Shown here piece by piece: positions 29,911-38,855 of a stretch of DNA of 64,000 bases. The translations under genes and the position numbers were made by a program. Each line of letters starts with the position of its first letter. Position 1 is the stretch's first letter. The notes below the pieces were generated by a model. The model was not told the origin of the DNA and did not search any database. It saw only the letters and a list, made by a program, of their open reading frames with translations. The DNA lies in the NCBI GenBank assembly GCA_963745295.1, contig CAVUWG010000007.1, positions 258,382 through 322,381 of the forward strand. Direction: 5' to 3'. Origin of the DNA: an uncultured Chloroflexia bacterium (GTDB taxonomy: Bacteria > Chloroflexota > Limnocylindria > Limnocylindrales > CSP1-4).

Positions 29911-31346
29911 GATTCCCCGATGCCTTCCAGGCTTCGCCGGACATGCGCCCGGCCGGTCTCCCAGTCGTAGGCACGGAACACGCGCAGGTCGGCGATGTGT
30001 TGTGCGGTCGAGTAGAACATCTCGTACTGCAACTGTCGACCACCGAACTCCGTGCCGACCAGGTCCCACAGCAGCCGCAGGAGGCCGGACGCGGTCGCGG
30101 GCCGGCAGCGTCGCGGACCGGAAGTAGCGCTGGACGTCCTCGGCCGTCTCGGGCGATTCGAAGCTCTCGGCCGACGGGAGGGCGATGAACCCGCCGCCCC
30201 CGAGCTCACGGAGCGCGCGCATCAGGTCGACGATCCAGCGGCGCTGCAGGCTCATGGCCGGGTAGATGAACCGTGGCGCCGGCAGGGCCAGATCGCCCCG
30301 CAGCTCCGGGCGGAGCTCCGCGCCGAGGACGAGCGCGTCGAGCGCGGAGCAGAAGGCCGCGATCTCGCCACCCATCTGGGCCTGGACCGGCGTGATCGCC
30401 GAGATCCCGTGGGCGTCGGCGAGTTCGATCGCGAGACCCGACGCGAACTCCATCTTGACGAGGAAGCGCACGAGCGCCTGGTAGTTCGCCAGCAGGTGCG
30501 CCCCGGTCTCGTGGAACTGGGCGCTGACGAGCCCGGGATCGCGATGGACGAAGACGTGCTCCCAGGGGATCGAGCACGTCGTCGAGCACGATGAGGCTGT
30601 CGGACTCGTCGAAGCGCGAGGTCAGCGGGTAGTCGAACGTGCTCGTCGTGGGCGAGGCGTACGGACGTCGCGGGTAGATGCGCAGGCCGGCCGCGTCGAG
30701 CGGCATCACGACCGAGATCGCGTAGTCCTCGTCGCCCGGCTGCAGGGGCACGATCGAGCTCAGGAAGAGCCAGTCGGCGATGGCCGCCGACGTGCCGATC
30801 ATCTGCGCCCCGCGGATGACGATGCCGTCGTCGCGCTCCTCGACGATCCCGGGATACAGGAACGGCTCGGGCTGGAGATGGGCGGGCTTCGAGCGATCGA
30901 CCTGGGGCGGCGTGATCGCGTAGGCGATGAACCAGTCCGCCGCGCGCGCCCGCTCGTAGAAGGCGATGACGTTGTCGCCGTATCGGGCTGCCGGCCCGGT
31001 CGAAGACCTGGCGCATCCCCGCGAAGCCCGTGATGAGCGACGCGACGTGGTCAGGCGTCCGACCCATCAGCCCGAAGCTGCCCTCTGCCCAGTGGCGATG
31101 GACGCGCCGCCGGGCCGCGAGGTCCTCGGCCGATCTCGGGATGAGCCACATCGCGCTCGATGTGCGCCCGCCGTCCTCGTGGGCGAGGTCGGGGCGTTCG
31201 AGTGCGCTGTCGTACAGCGAGGCGATGACGCGTGCCGGGCCGGCGAAGCCCGGGTGCGTGCTGACGTCGGCGACCGGCTCGCCGTCGAGCAGCACGGTCC
31301 GCCCATCCCCGGCGATGGCCGAGAGGTAGTCCGCTCCGCGCCGCAT
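29907..31346 (-). pseudogene. 4-hydroxyphenylacetate 3-monooxygenase-family oxygenase component (HpaB-like), broken by three frameshifts
   Basis: Homology runs through 4 segments in 3 frames. Segment 1 is 'MRRGADYLSAIAGDGRTVLLDGEPVADVSTHPGF...GMRQVFDRAG' (31346 to about 30990). Segment 2 is 'YGDNVIAFYERARAADWFIAYAITPPQVDRSK...IRGAQMIGTSAAIADW...SLIVLDDVL' (to about 30577). Segment 3 is 'PWEHVFVHRDPGLVSAQFHETGAHLLANYQALVRFLVKMEFASGLA...DVQRYFRS' (to about 30090). Segment 4 is 'LLRLLWDLVGTEFGGRQLQYEMFY...GIGES*'. Confidence 0.8.
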
Positions 31347-33208
31347 CAGGCCACGCCCCGCTTGTCGGTCCGGGACGCACGCGGCTTGCTCGCTCGCGCC
31401 CGTGCCGGGGCGGCGTCGGTGACACGATGCAGCTCGCGCTTGAGCTCCACCTCGAGCAACTCGTGCACGGCCAGCTGCGCGACGATCGGACGCAGCGTGT
31501 GATCGCGAGCGGGCAGCTGGCCCATCTCGAGGTTCGGCCAGCGATGGAGCTGGCCGAGCAGGCCATCCCGTTCGAGCTCGGCGTGGACCGGCTCCTCGTC
31601 GGAGAAGGCCATCACGACCCGGATGTTCCGGTCCCGCAGTCGGTCGAGGATGCCCTCGACCGACGCCGCGACGGCATCCGGCCGGCCGCCCCGTCGCACG
31701 AGACGCCCGGGCAGCGCGGCGACGTCGCGCATGCCCTGGCTGGCGGTCGCGCGGGCCACCGCGACGATGTTCTTGCGCTTGACCTGACCGCGCAGGATGC
31801 GGTTCCACCATGCGGTGCGTCGCAGGCGGTGGAGCTTGCGGGCGTTGCGATCCTTCACGAGCTTCGGGTGCCACTCGAGGGCGCCGGGGTTGACCATCAG
31901 GGCCGCCACCGCGCGCTCGTCGCGATCGGCCGCGTTGAACGCCCAATAACCGCCGGCACACAACCCGGCGAGCACGAACCGGTCACCGTAGCCGCGGGCC
32001 TCGAGCGCATCGAGGAACGTGCTGACGAAGCCGCCCAGCTCGGAGCGGTAGAACTCGCCGACGTCGCGGTATCGGCTCGCATCCCCGTCCGAGTCGCCGA
32101 TCCCCTCGAGATCGACACGCAGCGTCGGCAGTCCCTCGGCCGCGGCTCGGCGCGCGGCCTCGACCCAGAGTCGGTTGGGGCCGATGCGGCGGACCGCGCC
32201 GGCGTTGAGGAAGACCGCGGCAAGGGGCGGCCGCGGCCCATCCACGGGTTCGGCCAGGATCCCGAAGAGGGTCCCGACCTCGTGCTCCACCATGAACGGG
32301 GCCTCGCGGACGCGGACCCCGCCGACATCGAGGAACGCCTCGTCCCGCCCGACCACCGTTGCCTCGGACGGCGGCGCCGTGGCGCCGCGCACGACGGGTG
32401 CCGCGGCCAGCCAGGCGTCAACCGCCGCGAAGACCCCGAGCGGCGGGTCGAAGCGCTCCGGGTGGAACGTCATGGCGCCCCAGCCGGCTCCCGACGCGGT
32501 GGTCACGTCGACGACGGCATCCTCGAGGTGCCGGCGCAGACCGGCATCGACCGGGATCCCGTCGTGGTCGAGCAGCAGGGCGCGCTGGAGCCCACCGGTC
32601 GACAGGCCAGCCAGGGTCAAGGCCTCGAGATCGGCCACCGTCTCGGCCGAGAGGGTGAACCCGTTGACCTCCATCCAGCCCTCGGGCAGCAGGGACGGTT
32701 CCGGTTCGCCGGTCAGGCTGTAGCGCGAGGTCTGGAGGCCGGCGAAGGCCCGCTCCGCCCGCACGAACGCGCGGCCGTTGCCGGGCGTGGCCCAGGCCAC
32801 GAATTCGTCGATCGCCGCGTCCTCGCTGATCGCCTTGATCGCGACCAGGCCGCCCAGGCCCATCCCGATCGCTGCGACGCTCCGGCCACCGGTCGAATCG
32901 CGCAGCCAGGCTGCGGCGGCGGCCGTGGCCTCGGTCCAGGCCGCGAACCTGCCGCCGTCGGCGGGGACGCCGGCGCTGTCACCGGAGCCCGGGAAGTCGA
33001 AGCGCAGCGTCGGATGGCCGGCCTCGGCCAGGTGCTCGGCCCACGCCCGGCGAGCCCGATACGACGCCACGTCGTTCCAGCCCCAGGGCGGGCACAGCAG
33101 GACGGCCGTCGCCGGCGAGGCGTCGGACGACGGGGCGTGATACACCGCGAACACCGGCCCCGAGGCCAGGTCGAGGTAGAGCGGGCGGGCGGGCGGGCGT
33201 CGGGTCAT
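31346..33208 (-). CDS. Fused double alpha/beta-hydrolase. The N-half has GMGLG in place of GxSxG; the C-half has a GLCAG Cys-type nucleophile elbow.
   Basis: 620 aa with two alpha/beta-fold halves. First half: 'LLCPPWG...RFDFPGSGDSAG...AAIGMGLGG'. Second half: 'AVFLNAG...LRVDLEGIGDSDGD...FVLAGLCAGGYWA'. ATGA overlap with the GH2 stop and a 1-nt overlap with the HpaB-like start. Confidence 0.7.
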   Translation of the reverse strand: MTRRPPARPLYLDLASGPVFAVYHAPSSDASPATAVLLCPPWGWNDVASYRARRAWAEHLAEAGHPTLRFDFPGSGDSAGVPADGGRFAAWTEATAAAAAWLRDSTGGRSVAAIGMGLGGLVAIKAISEDAAIDEFVAWATPGNGRAFVRAERAFAGLQTSRYSLTGEPEPSLLPEGWMEVNGFTLSAETVADLEALTLAGLSTGGLQRALLLDHDGIPVDAGLRRHLEDAVVDVTTASGAGWGAMTFHPERFDPPLGVFAAVDAWLAAAPVVRGATAPPSEATVVGRDEAFLDVGGVRVREAPFMVEHEVGTLFGILAEPVDGPRPPLAAVFLNAGAVRRIGPNRLWVEAARRAAAEGLPTLRVDLEGIGDSDGDASRYRDVGEFYRSELGGFVSTFLDALEARGYGDRFVLAGLCAGGYWAFNAADRDERAVAALMVNPGALEWHPKLVKDRNARKLHRLRRTAWWNRILRGQVKRKNIVAVARATASQGMRDVAALPGRLVRRGGRPDAVAASVEGILDRLRDRNIRVVMAFSDEEPVHAELERDGLLGQLHRWPNLEMGQLPARDHTLRPIVAQLAVHELLEVELKRELHRVTDAAPARARASKPRASRTDKRGVA

Positions 33209-35769
33209 GCGCTCGGGGCCATCGTGATCGGGACGCGGCCCGCGAGGTTGATGGCGCTGAGCTCGCCGCCGAGGACGGCGTCGGGCGTCACGGCCCGCAG
33301 GTCGATCTCGCGCGAGCCACCGGGCTCGATCGAGAAGGCGTCGTCGTCGGGCCGGAAACCAGGGGCGTGGACCCGCACGCCGTACGCGAGGCGCCGGCTG
33401 CGAACGGTCATCCGCACGATCCCGTCGCCGCACGGCCGTGCATCGGCCGACAGGCCCAACCGATCGGCGGGCTCGATGCGGGACGGTCGTCCGGCCGGGA
33501 AGCGGAACGCCTGGGACAGCACGGCCGGGCCCGGTCCACCGTCGCGTTCCAGGGTCGCCACGATCACGTCCTGGGCCGGCGGCCCGAAGCGATAGGCCCA
33601 TGACACGTCGGCGAAGTGCCCGATGAGGGCCTCGACGCTGCGCTCGTCGGCACCGTGCGCCTCGATCCGGAGGGTCTCCTCGCCGTCCCCGACGCGCTGC
33701 TCGAGGTCCCGGTAGAGCGCGACCCGGAGCCTGGCGTCGAGCGGTTCGGGCCCGTCGTTGGCGACATGGGCGACGACGCCGCCCAGCCCTTCGTCCGTCG
33801 TCCAGACGGCGGCCGGCGCGAGGGCTCGCCGCAGGTGGTGGTAGACGACCTTGGGCGCGCCGTGATGGTCGACCACGCCCCAGCCGGCGCCCGCCACCAG
33901 GTCGCGGAGCCACAGGACGAGCCCCCCGCCGCAGGGCGATCCGGCACGCCGCCACTCGCCGAAGACCTCGGCCATCACCTCGCCGCTGACCGCGCGCGAC
34001 AGCTCGAGATATCGGGCGTGGTCGACGCGCCGGAGCTCACCGGGGTCGAGCTCGAAGAGCAGCGCCAGGTAATGATCGCGCACGTCGTCGAAGTCCCAGC
34101 CGCTCCCGGCGTCGCGGGGCACACCGGCCTTCCAGACCGGGTGATGGACGACCACGCCGGTCGTGGCGCCCGGCAGCATCGACTCGATCACCGCGTCGTC
34201 GGGGACGTTCGCGAAGGCCAGGCACTCCGACGCGAACCGGACGCCGGCGATGCGGGCGTCGGTCAGCGGCCGCTGGTACCCGCCGACGCCGTAGTAGTTG
34301 GCGACGCCGTGGTCCGGGCGGAACGGGAGGTCGCCGCCGAAGGGCGCCGAGGGGACGTAGACCGCATCGCTGCCGGCATCGACAGCGAGGGCCGGCAGCG
34401 TGCTCGCGAAGAATGCGTCCCGGCCGAGCGTGGGGTCCAGCCCCAGCATCGCGACCTGCTGCTCGATCTCGCTGTTGCCGCACAGGACGGCGGTGCTCGG
34501 GCGGCCCGACAGGCGACCCAGCACCTCGGTCGCCTCGCGCTCGGCGAGCCCGCGGAACGCGTCGTCGGCGAACGGGTAGTCGAGGTTGGCGAACATGAAG
34601 TCCTGCCACACGAGCAGGCCGAGCTCGTCGCACAGGTCGTGGAAGTCGTTCGACTCGTAGGCGCCCGTGCCGGGCAGCCGGACCATGTTCATCCCGGCGC
34701 GGCGCACGGTCTCGAGGGCCGCTGGGCGGTCCGCGGCGGTCGTGGCGAGCCCGACGATGTCGGTCGGTGTCCAGAGCGCACCGCGGGCGAACGTCCGGAC
34801 GCCGTTGACGTGCAGGTCGAGGCCGTCGCGCTCGATGTCGTGCGCGGCCGTCGGACCGGCGGTGAGCGTCCGGAACCCGACGCGTCCGGCATCGATCGCG
34901 GTCGTCGCCGTCCCGGACCCGACGACCAGGCGGACCTCGTGGAGGGCAGGGACGCCGTGCGTGTGCGGCCACCAGCGCTCGACCGACGGGACTCGCAGCG
35001 TGCCACGGAACGTGATGCCGCCGCCGGCCGGCGACAGATCGAGGGCGACCGTGTGGTGGCCGGACGGCCCGTCGATCTCCGCCCGGACCTGATCGGGCGT
35101 CGTCCCGTCGAGCGTGCGGATGCGACCATCGACGTGCAGGAGGCCGGCCTCACCCTCGACGCCGGGCCGCAACGTGAGTGCTTCCACGACCAGGCCGCGA
35201 CGGCGCGCCAGCCAGACCGGTCGCCACGGGCCGACGGCCGGCGGACCGGGCGCGAACCCGGGCGCCCGGCCGAGGATCATGGTCCGGACCCACCGGAGCC
35301 GCCCGTCCGCGACGAGGTTGGTGCGCCAGCGGGCCCGCGGCTTGCGCGGGACCTCGAGGGCCGGGGTCAGCGGCAGGCAACGGATCACCAGCTCATTCGT
35401 GCCGCGCAGCCGGCCGCCCACCTCGATCTCGTGGGCCTCGAACATCGAACCCACGTCGGCGATCCGCTCGCCATTGAGCTCGACCTCGGCCAGGGTGGCG
35501 ATGCCGTCGAGACGGAGCACGACATCCTCACCGCTCCCCGCCGGGGCGGCCTCGAACGTGGTCCGGAACGTCCACGCCTGGCCGTCGAGGTCGTCGCCGA
35601 TCGCGACGCCCGCGTCACGAAGGACGCCCGCGGCTGTGCCCGGGACGTGCGCCGGCCGCCAGGTCAGCGCGTCGGAGCCGTCGGTGACGGCGGCTTCCCA
35701 GCCGTGGTCGAGCGACCGGATGTCGTGGCCATCCACGCGATGGCGCCACGGGGACTGCGCGAGCGGCAT
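33205..35769 (-). CDS. Glycoside hydrolase family 2 protein (beta-mannosidase-like)
   Basis: 854 aa. N-terminal sugar-binding domain 'VVLRLDGIATLAEVELNGERI', 'NMVRLPGTGAYESNDFHDLCDELGLLVWQDFMFAN', acid/base-like 'CGNSEIE' and nucleophile-like 'FASECLAFANVP'. Confidence 0.85.
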   Translation of the reverse strand: MPLAQSPWRHRVDGHDIRSLDHGWEAAVTDGSDALTWRPAHVPGTAAGVLRDAGVAIGDDLDGQAWTFRTTFEAAPAGSGEDVVLRLDGIATLAEVELNGERIADVGSMFEAHEIEVGGRLRGTNELVIRCLPLTPALEVPRKPRARWRTNLVADGRLRWVRTMILGRAPGFAPGPPAVGPWRPVWLARRRGLVVEALTLRPGVEGEAGLLHVDGRIRTLDGTTPDQVRAEIDGPSGHHTVALDLSPAGGGITFRGTLRVPSVERWWPHTHGVPALHEVRLVVGSGTATTAIDAGRVGFRTLTAGPTAAHDIERDGLDLHVNGVRTFARGALWTPTDIVGLATTAADRPAALETVRRAGMNMVRLPGTGAYESNDFHDLCDELGLLVWQDFMFANLDYPFADDAFRGLAEREATEVLGRLSGRPSTAVLCGNSEIEQQVAMLGLDPTLGRDAFFASTLPALAVDAGSDAVYVPSAPFGGDLPFRPDHGVANYYGVGGYQRPLTDARIAGVRFASECLAFANVPDDAVIESMLPGATTGVVVHHPVWKAGVPRDAGSGWDFDDVRDHYLALLFELDPGELRRVDHARYLELSRAVSGEVMAEVFGEWRRAGSPCGGGLVLWLRDLVAGAGWGVVDHHGAPKVVYHHLRRALAPAAVWTTDEGLGGVVAHVANDGPEPLDARLRVALYRDLEQRVGDGEETLRIEAHGADERSVEALIGHFADVSWAYRFGPPAQDVIVATLERDGGPGPAVLSQAFRFPAGRPSRIEPADRLGLSADARPCGDGIVRMTVRSRRLAYGVRVHAPGFRPDDDAFSIEPGGSREIDLRAVTPDAVLGGELSAINLAGRVPITMAPSA

Positions 35770-35773
35770 GGTG

Positions 35774-36748
35774 TCAGCGTACGACCTCGTCCAACGCGCT
35801 CATCGCCCGGTCCCACGCGGACGCCAGGCCCCCGAGCGCCTCGCTCGGGTCGAACGGCCGCCGCCGCGCGAGCTTGAAGCCCAGGAGCTTCGAGCCGTCC
35901 ACGATCTCCGCCATCGCCGCCGACGCCGGCGCACCCGCTTCGCCCAGCAGCCAGTCGACGTGGGCGGCGCAGAGCTCGAACCCGGCCCCCGCCATCCGGA
36001 CCGTCGCGAAGGCGTACGCGTGGTAGTCGGACTCGTCGCCGTCGAGGAGCACCGGCAGGTCGATCGCGAGCTGCCCGCCGAAGCGCCCGAACGGGTTCCC
36101 TGGCGCGACCCGGTCCAGGTGGTAGCGCAGCCGTTCTCGCGCCGCAGCCTTGAGGCCGTCGCCCTCCAGCCGAGGCCCGACGTCGAAGCGGACCAACTCC
36201 GTGTACGGCGGCAGCACATCGTCCGTGAGCATCGTGGCCTGGCGGAAGACGCCGCGGTAGTCCTCGCCCTCGAGCTCGTACAGCGACGCGTTGTGGAAGT
36301 AGCGGAGCCGCTCCTCGTCGGGGTCGATCGCCTCGACCGCGACCGAGGTCTTCACGTGTTCGCGGCGATAGCTCGTGGCCGCGGTGTCGGGCAGGTACCA
36401 GGCGTCCAGCTCGACCGTCAGGGTCCGGCCCTCGCGGATGAGCTCCGAGATCTGGACCGGCAACGGCCGGTACGGCTGCATCTCGTGGATGTCGACGCCG
36501 AAGAGCAGCTCCATGTCGGCCGGGTGAGGCTTGAAGAACGTCCACTGGTCACCCTCGAAGTCGAGGCGGACCGTGGAGCCCAGCGCCGCGAGCGGCTCGT
36601 CGCCGCGAGCATGGAGCAGCTCGATGAGGATGTCCGTGTAGCAGTTGGTCTCGTGGTACGTCTGCCCACCGGCGTGGAGCGGGTGGGGCTGGTAGGTCGC
36701 CGGATCGTGGCCGAACAGGCTGACGAGACCGGCGGTCGAGGTGCTCAT
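35774..36748 (-). CDS. DUF1839-like protein (possible BtrH-like carrier-protein-dependent acyl/aminoacyl transferase). In the literal sequence it is read through from the ligase ORF.
   Basis: 'MSTSTAGLVSLFGHDPATYQPHPLHAGGQTYHETNCYTDILIELLHARG...FEGDQWTFFKP...LDAWYLPDT' about 324 aa. The family call is from memory of DUF1839 proteins that neighbour aa:CP ligases. It needs HMM confirmation. Confidence 0.6.
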   Translation of the reverse strand: MSTSTAGLVSLFGHDPATYQPHPLHAGGQTYHETNCYTDILIELLHARGDEPLAALGSTVRLDFEGDQWTFFKPHPADMELLFGVDIHEMQPYRPLPVQISELIREGRTLTVELDAWYLPDTAATSYRREHVKTSVAVEAIDPDEERLRYFHNASLYELEGEDYRGVFRQATMLTDDVLPPYTELVRFDVGPRLEGDGLKAAARERLRYHLDRVAPGNPFGRFGGQLAIDLPVLLDGDESDYHAYAFATVRMAGAGFELCAAHVDWLLGEAGAPASAAMAEIVDGSKLLGFKLARRRPFDPSEALGGLASAWDRAMSALDEVVR

Positions 36749-37679
36749 CCCCAGAGCTGCCCGGCGGACCTCGGCCGGCCACGACTCGACATCGAGGCCA
36801 TGGGTCCGCAGCAGGGCAAGCACGATCCGCTCGTGACCGAACCCGAGACATGCCGTGTGGACCTCGCCGCCGTCGGTCGTTGTCAGGCCATGCATCGTCG
36901 CGAAGTGGCTCTGGTGGTAGTTGAACGAGGCCACCGCCGTAGGCGCGGGCCCGGCGATCTGCACGAGGATCTCGAACTTCAGCGCCTGTTCGCGCTGGCT
37001 GGCCGCGAGCATCCGGCCGCTGCGTCCGAAGAACGGGTCTGCCGCGACGTCGTAGGCGGCGGCGAGGCCCAGCCCCCGCAGGAGATCAAGCCCGCGCTGC
37101 AGCCACTCGTCGCGCCAGGCCGAGACCGTCTCCGGCTCGCCCATCCGGATCAGCTCGCGCATGTGGAACATCTGGAGCCGGGCCGGGTCGTCCGACGGCT
37201 CGTGCCGGAAGACGTACGAGCCGCCCGGATCGATCGTGACGCCGCCGGGCGGGAGCGGACCGCGCGCGGCGATCGCGGGGTAGATCGGGTAGCAGGCGGC
37301 CGGCACGAGGACCAGCTCGGTCATGCGCTGGTGTTCGCTCCAGTCCTCGTGGCGCGACGCGCGCTCGTACTGCTCGAGGGCCTGCGCCTCGGTCCCCTCG
37401 AAGCCGAAGATCGCGCCGGCCAGGTGCGGGAAGGACTTGAGGTAGCCGCTGGTCTCGAACTGGCCGCGCGGGAGCACGCGGCGGGAAGCGGATCGGCTCG
37501 GCGTTCTGGTCGGCCGAGCAGCGCGTCGACAAGCTCGTCGAAGCGCAGGCGGATGTCCTCGAAGACGCGGCCGCGCCCATAGACGCCCGAGGTGCCGGTC
37601 CGGATGAGCAGGCCGTGCTCGAACAGTTCGCGCGAGGAAGGCAGATCTGGTCGGCGGTGGCCGGCTGGAACTCGGCCAC
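36745..37679 (-). pseudogene. Amino acid:[carrier-protein] ligase (tRNA-independent truncated SerRS-like class II synthetase). There are three frameshifts in the first 70 codons plus loss of the stop codon.
   Basis: AAGGAGG-N5-GTG start at 37679. Core in frame 37477: 'VLPRGQFETSGYLKSFPHLAG', zinc-site 'PAACYP', motif 2 'YVFRHEPS', 'ASFNYHQSHF' and motif 3 'TACLGFGHERIVLALL'. The N-terminal pieces 'VAEFQPATADQICL', 'SRELFEHGLLIRTGTSGVYGRGRVFEDIRLRFDELVDALL' and 'ADQNAEPIRFPP' lie in alternating frames. Removing one G/C at 36760-36762 gives 'VRRQLWG*' with an ATGA overlap onto the next gene. Confidence 0.75.
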
Positions 37680-38855
37680 CTAGACCTCCTTGGCGATGAG
37701 CAGCAGGCTCGCGTTGGTCTGGTGGATGCGCTCGTTGGCGACCATCAGCGATGCCGACATCGTGTCGCGCAGGTGACGACCGATGCTGAAGGGCGTGTCG
37801 TTCTTGTAGCCGACGATGCCGCACACCGACATCGCGCCCTGGCAGACGCGGGGCGCCTGCTCGGAGGCCGCGATCTTGAGGTTGTTGAAGCGCAGGATCG
37901 TGGACATCATCGAGAGGCGTTCCCGGCCGGGGCTCTCAGAGGCCTCGGTGAACTCGCGCAGCGCCGAGTGGACCTCGGCCCGCAGCAGCGAGAGCTCGCT
38001 CATGAGATGCGAGAGGCGCAGCGCGGTCGGCGGCACCTGGTCCGGTCGCTGCTTCGCCGAGGCCCGCACGAAGGCGCGGGCACGGTCGAACGCGTCGGTG
38101 GCGATGCCGAGCCAGATGTGCGACCAGAGGAGGTGCGAGACCGGGACCATCGATTCGGTCGCGACCACCGGGAAGGGGGTCGGGAGGACCTGGCCGGCGT
38201 CGAACTCGGCGCGGACCACGTACCCGGGCGAGCAGGTGCCGCGCATCCCGAGCGGGTCCCATGTGCCGGTCTGCTCGAGCGTGACCTGGTCCTTGTTGGT
38301 GAGCGCGACGACCTGGTCGCCCGGCTCGGCATCGGGGGTCCGCCGGAGCGTGGTGAGCAGGTCGTCGGCATAGGCGCCGTACGAGACGGTCGGTGCCTGC
38401 TTCTCGAACGTGGCGCGGCCGTCGCTCCCCGGCGTGACCGCCGCGATCGATCGACCCAGGTCGCCACCGGTGCCGACTTCGGACGTGACGGACGCGACGA
38501 GCCGCTGCTCGCTCGCGACGTCCCGGAGCCAGGCCTCGAACCACGGCGCCCCGTCGAGGTGCCGCACCACGCAGGCGATCTGGATCTGGTGCATCGCGAA
38601 GACCATGGCGGTCGCGCCGCAGCGACGGCCGAGCTCGAAGCACGCGGCCGCGATCGCCTCGAACGAGACGCCGCCGCCGTCGAACTCCTCGGGGATGAGG
38701 GCCGAGAGCGCGCGCTCCTCACGCAGCGCGGCGATGGCCTCGACCGGGAATCGTGCCTGCTTGTCGACGTCGTCGGCGTTGGGCGCCGCGACCTCCTCGG
38801 CGATCCGGCGGATCGCGGCGAGGAACGCCTGGTCGCGATCGATGGCGACGCTCAT
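37680..38855 (-). CDS. Acyl-CoA dehydrogenase-family flavoenzyme (likely acts on a carrier-protein-bound substrate)
   Basis: 391 aa with the ACAD three-domain pattern ('ATAMVFAMHQIQ', 'VTSEVGTGGDLG', 'WDPLGMRGTCS', 'CGIVGYKNDTPFSIGRHLRDTMSASLMVANERI'). ATGA overlap with the ACP stop. Its stop abuts the ligase GTG. Confidence 0.9.
   Translation of the reverse strand: MSVAIDRDQAFLAAIRRIAEEVAAPNADDVDKQARFPVEAIAALREERALSALIPEEFDGGGVSFEAIAAACFELGRRCGATAMVFAMHQIQIACVVRHLDGAPWFEAWLRDVASEQRLVASVTSEVGTGGDLGRSIAAVTPGSDGRATFEKQAPTVSYGAYADDLLTTLRRTPDAEPGDQVVALTNKDQVTLEQTGTWDPLGMRGTCSPGYVVRAEFDAGQVLPTPFPVVATESMVPVSHLLWSHIWLGIATDAFDRARAFVRASAKQRPDQVPPTALRLSHLMSELSLLRAEVHSALREFTEASESPGRERLSMMSTILRFNNLKIAASEQAPRVCQGAMSVCGIVGYKNDTPFSIGRHLRDTMSASLMVANERIHQTNASLLLIAKEV

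Noticed and set aside
29907-37679. Programmed ribosomal frameshifting or transcriptional slippage as an explanation for the frame changes in the ligase and the HpaB-like gene.
   Set aside because: Each gene has three or four shifts, in both directions (+1 and -1). They occur at different short G/C runs, without slippery heptamers or downstream structures. Similar indels hit unrelated genes (IclR, MscS, GAP). Decay or consensus error is far more parsimonious.
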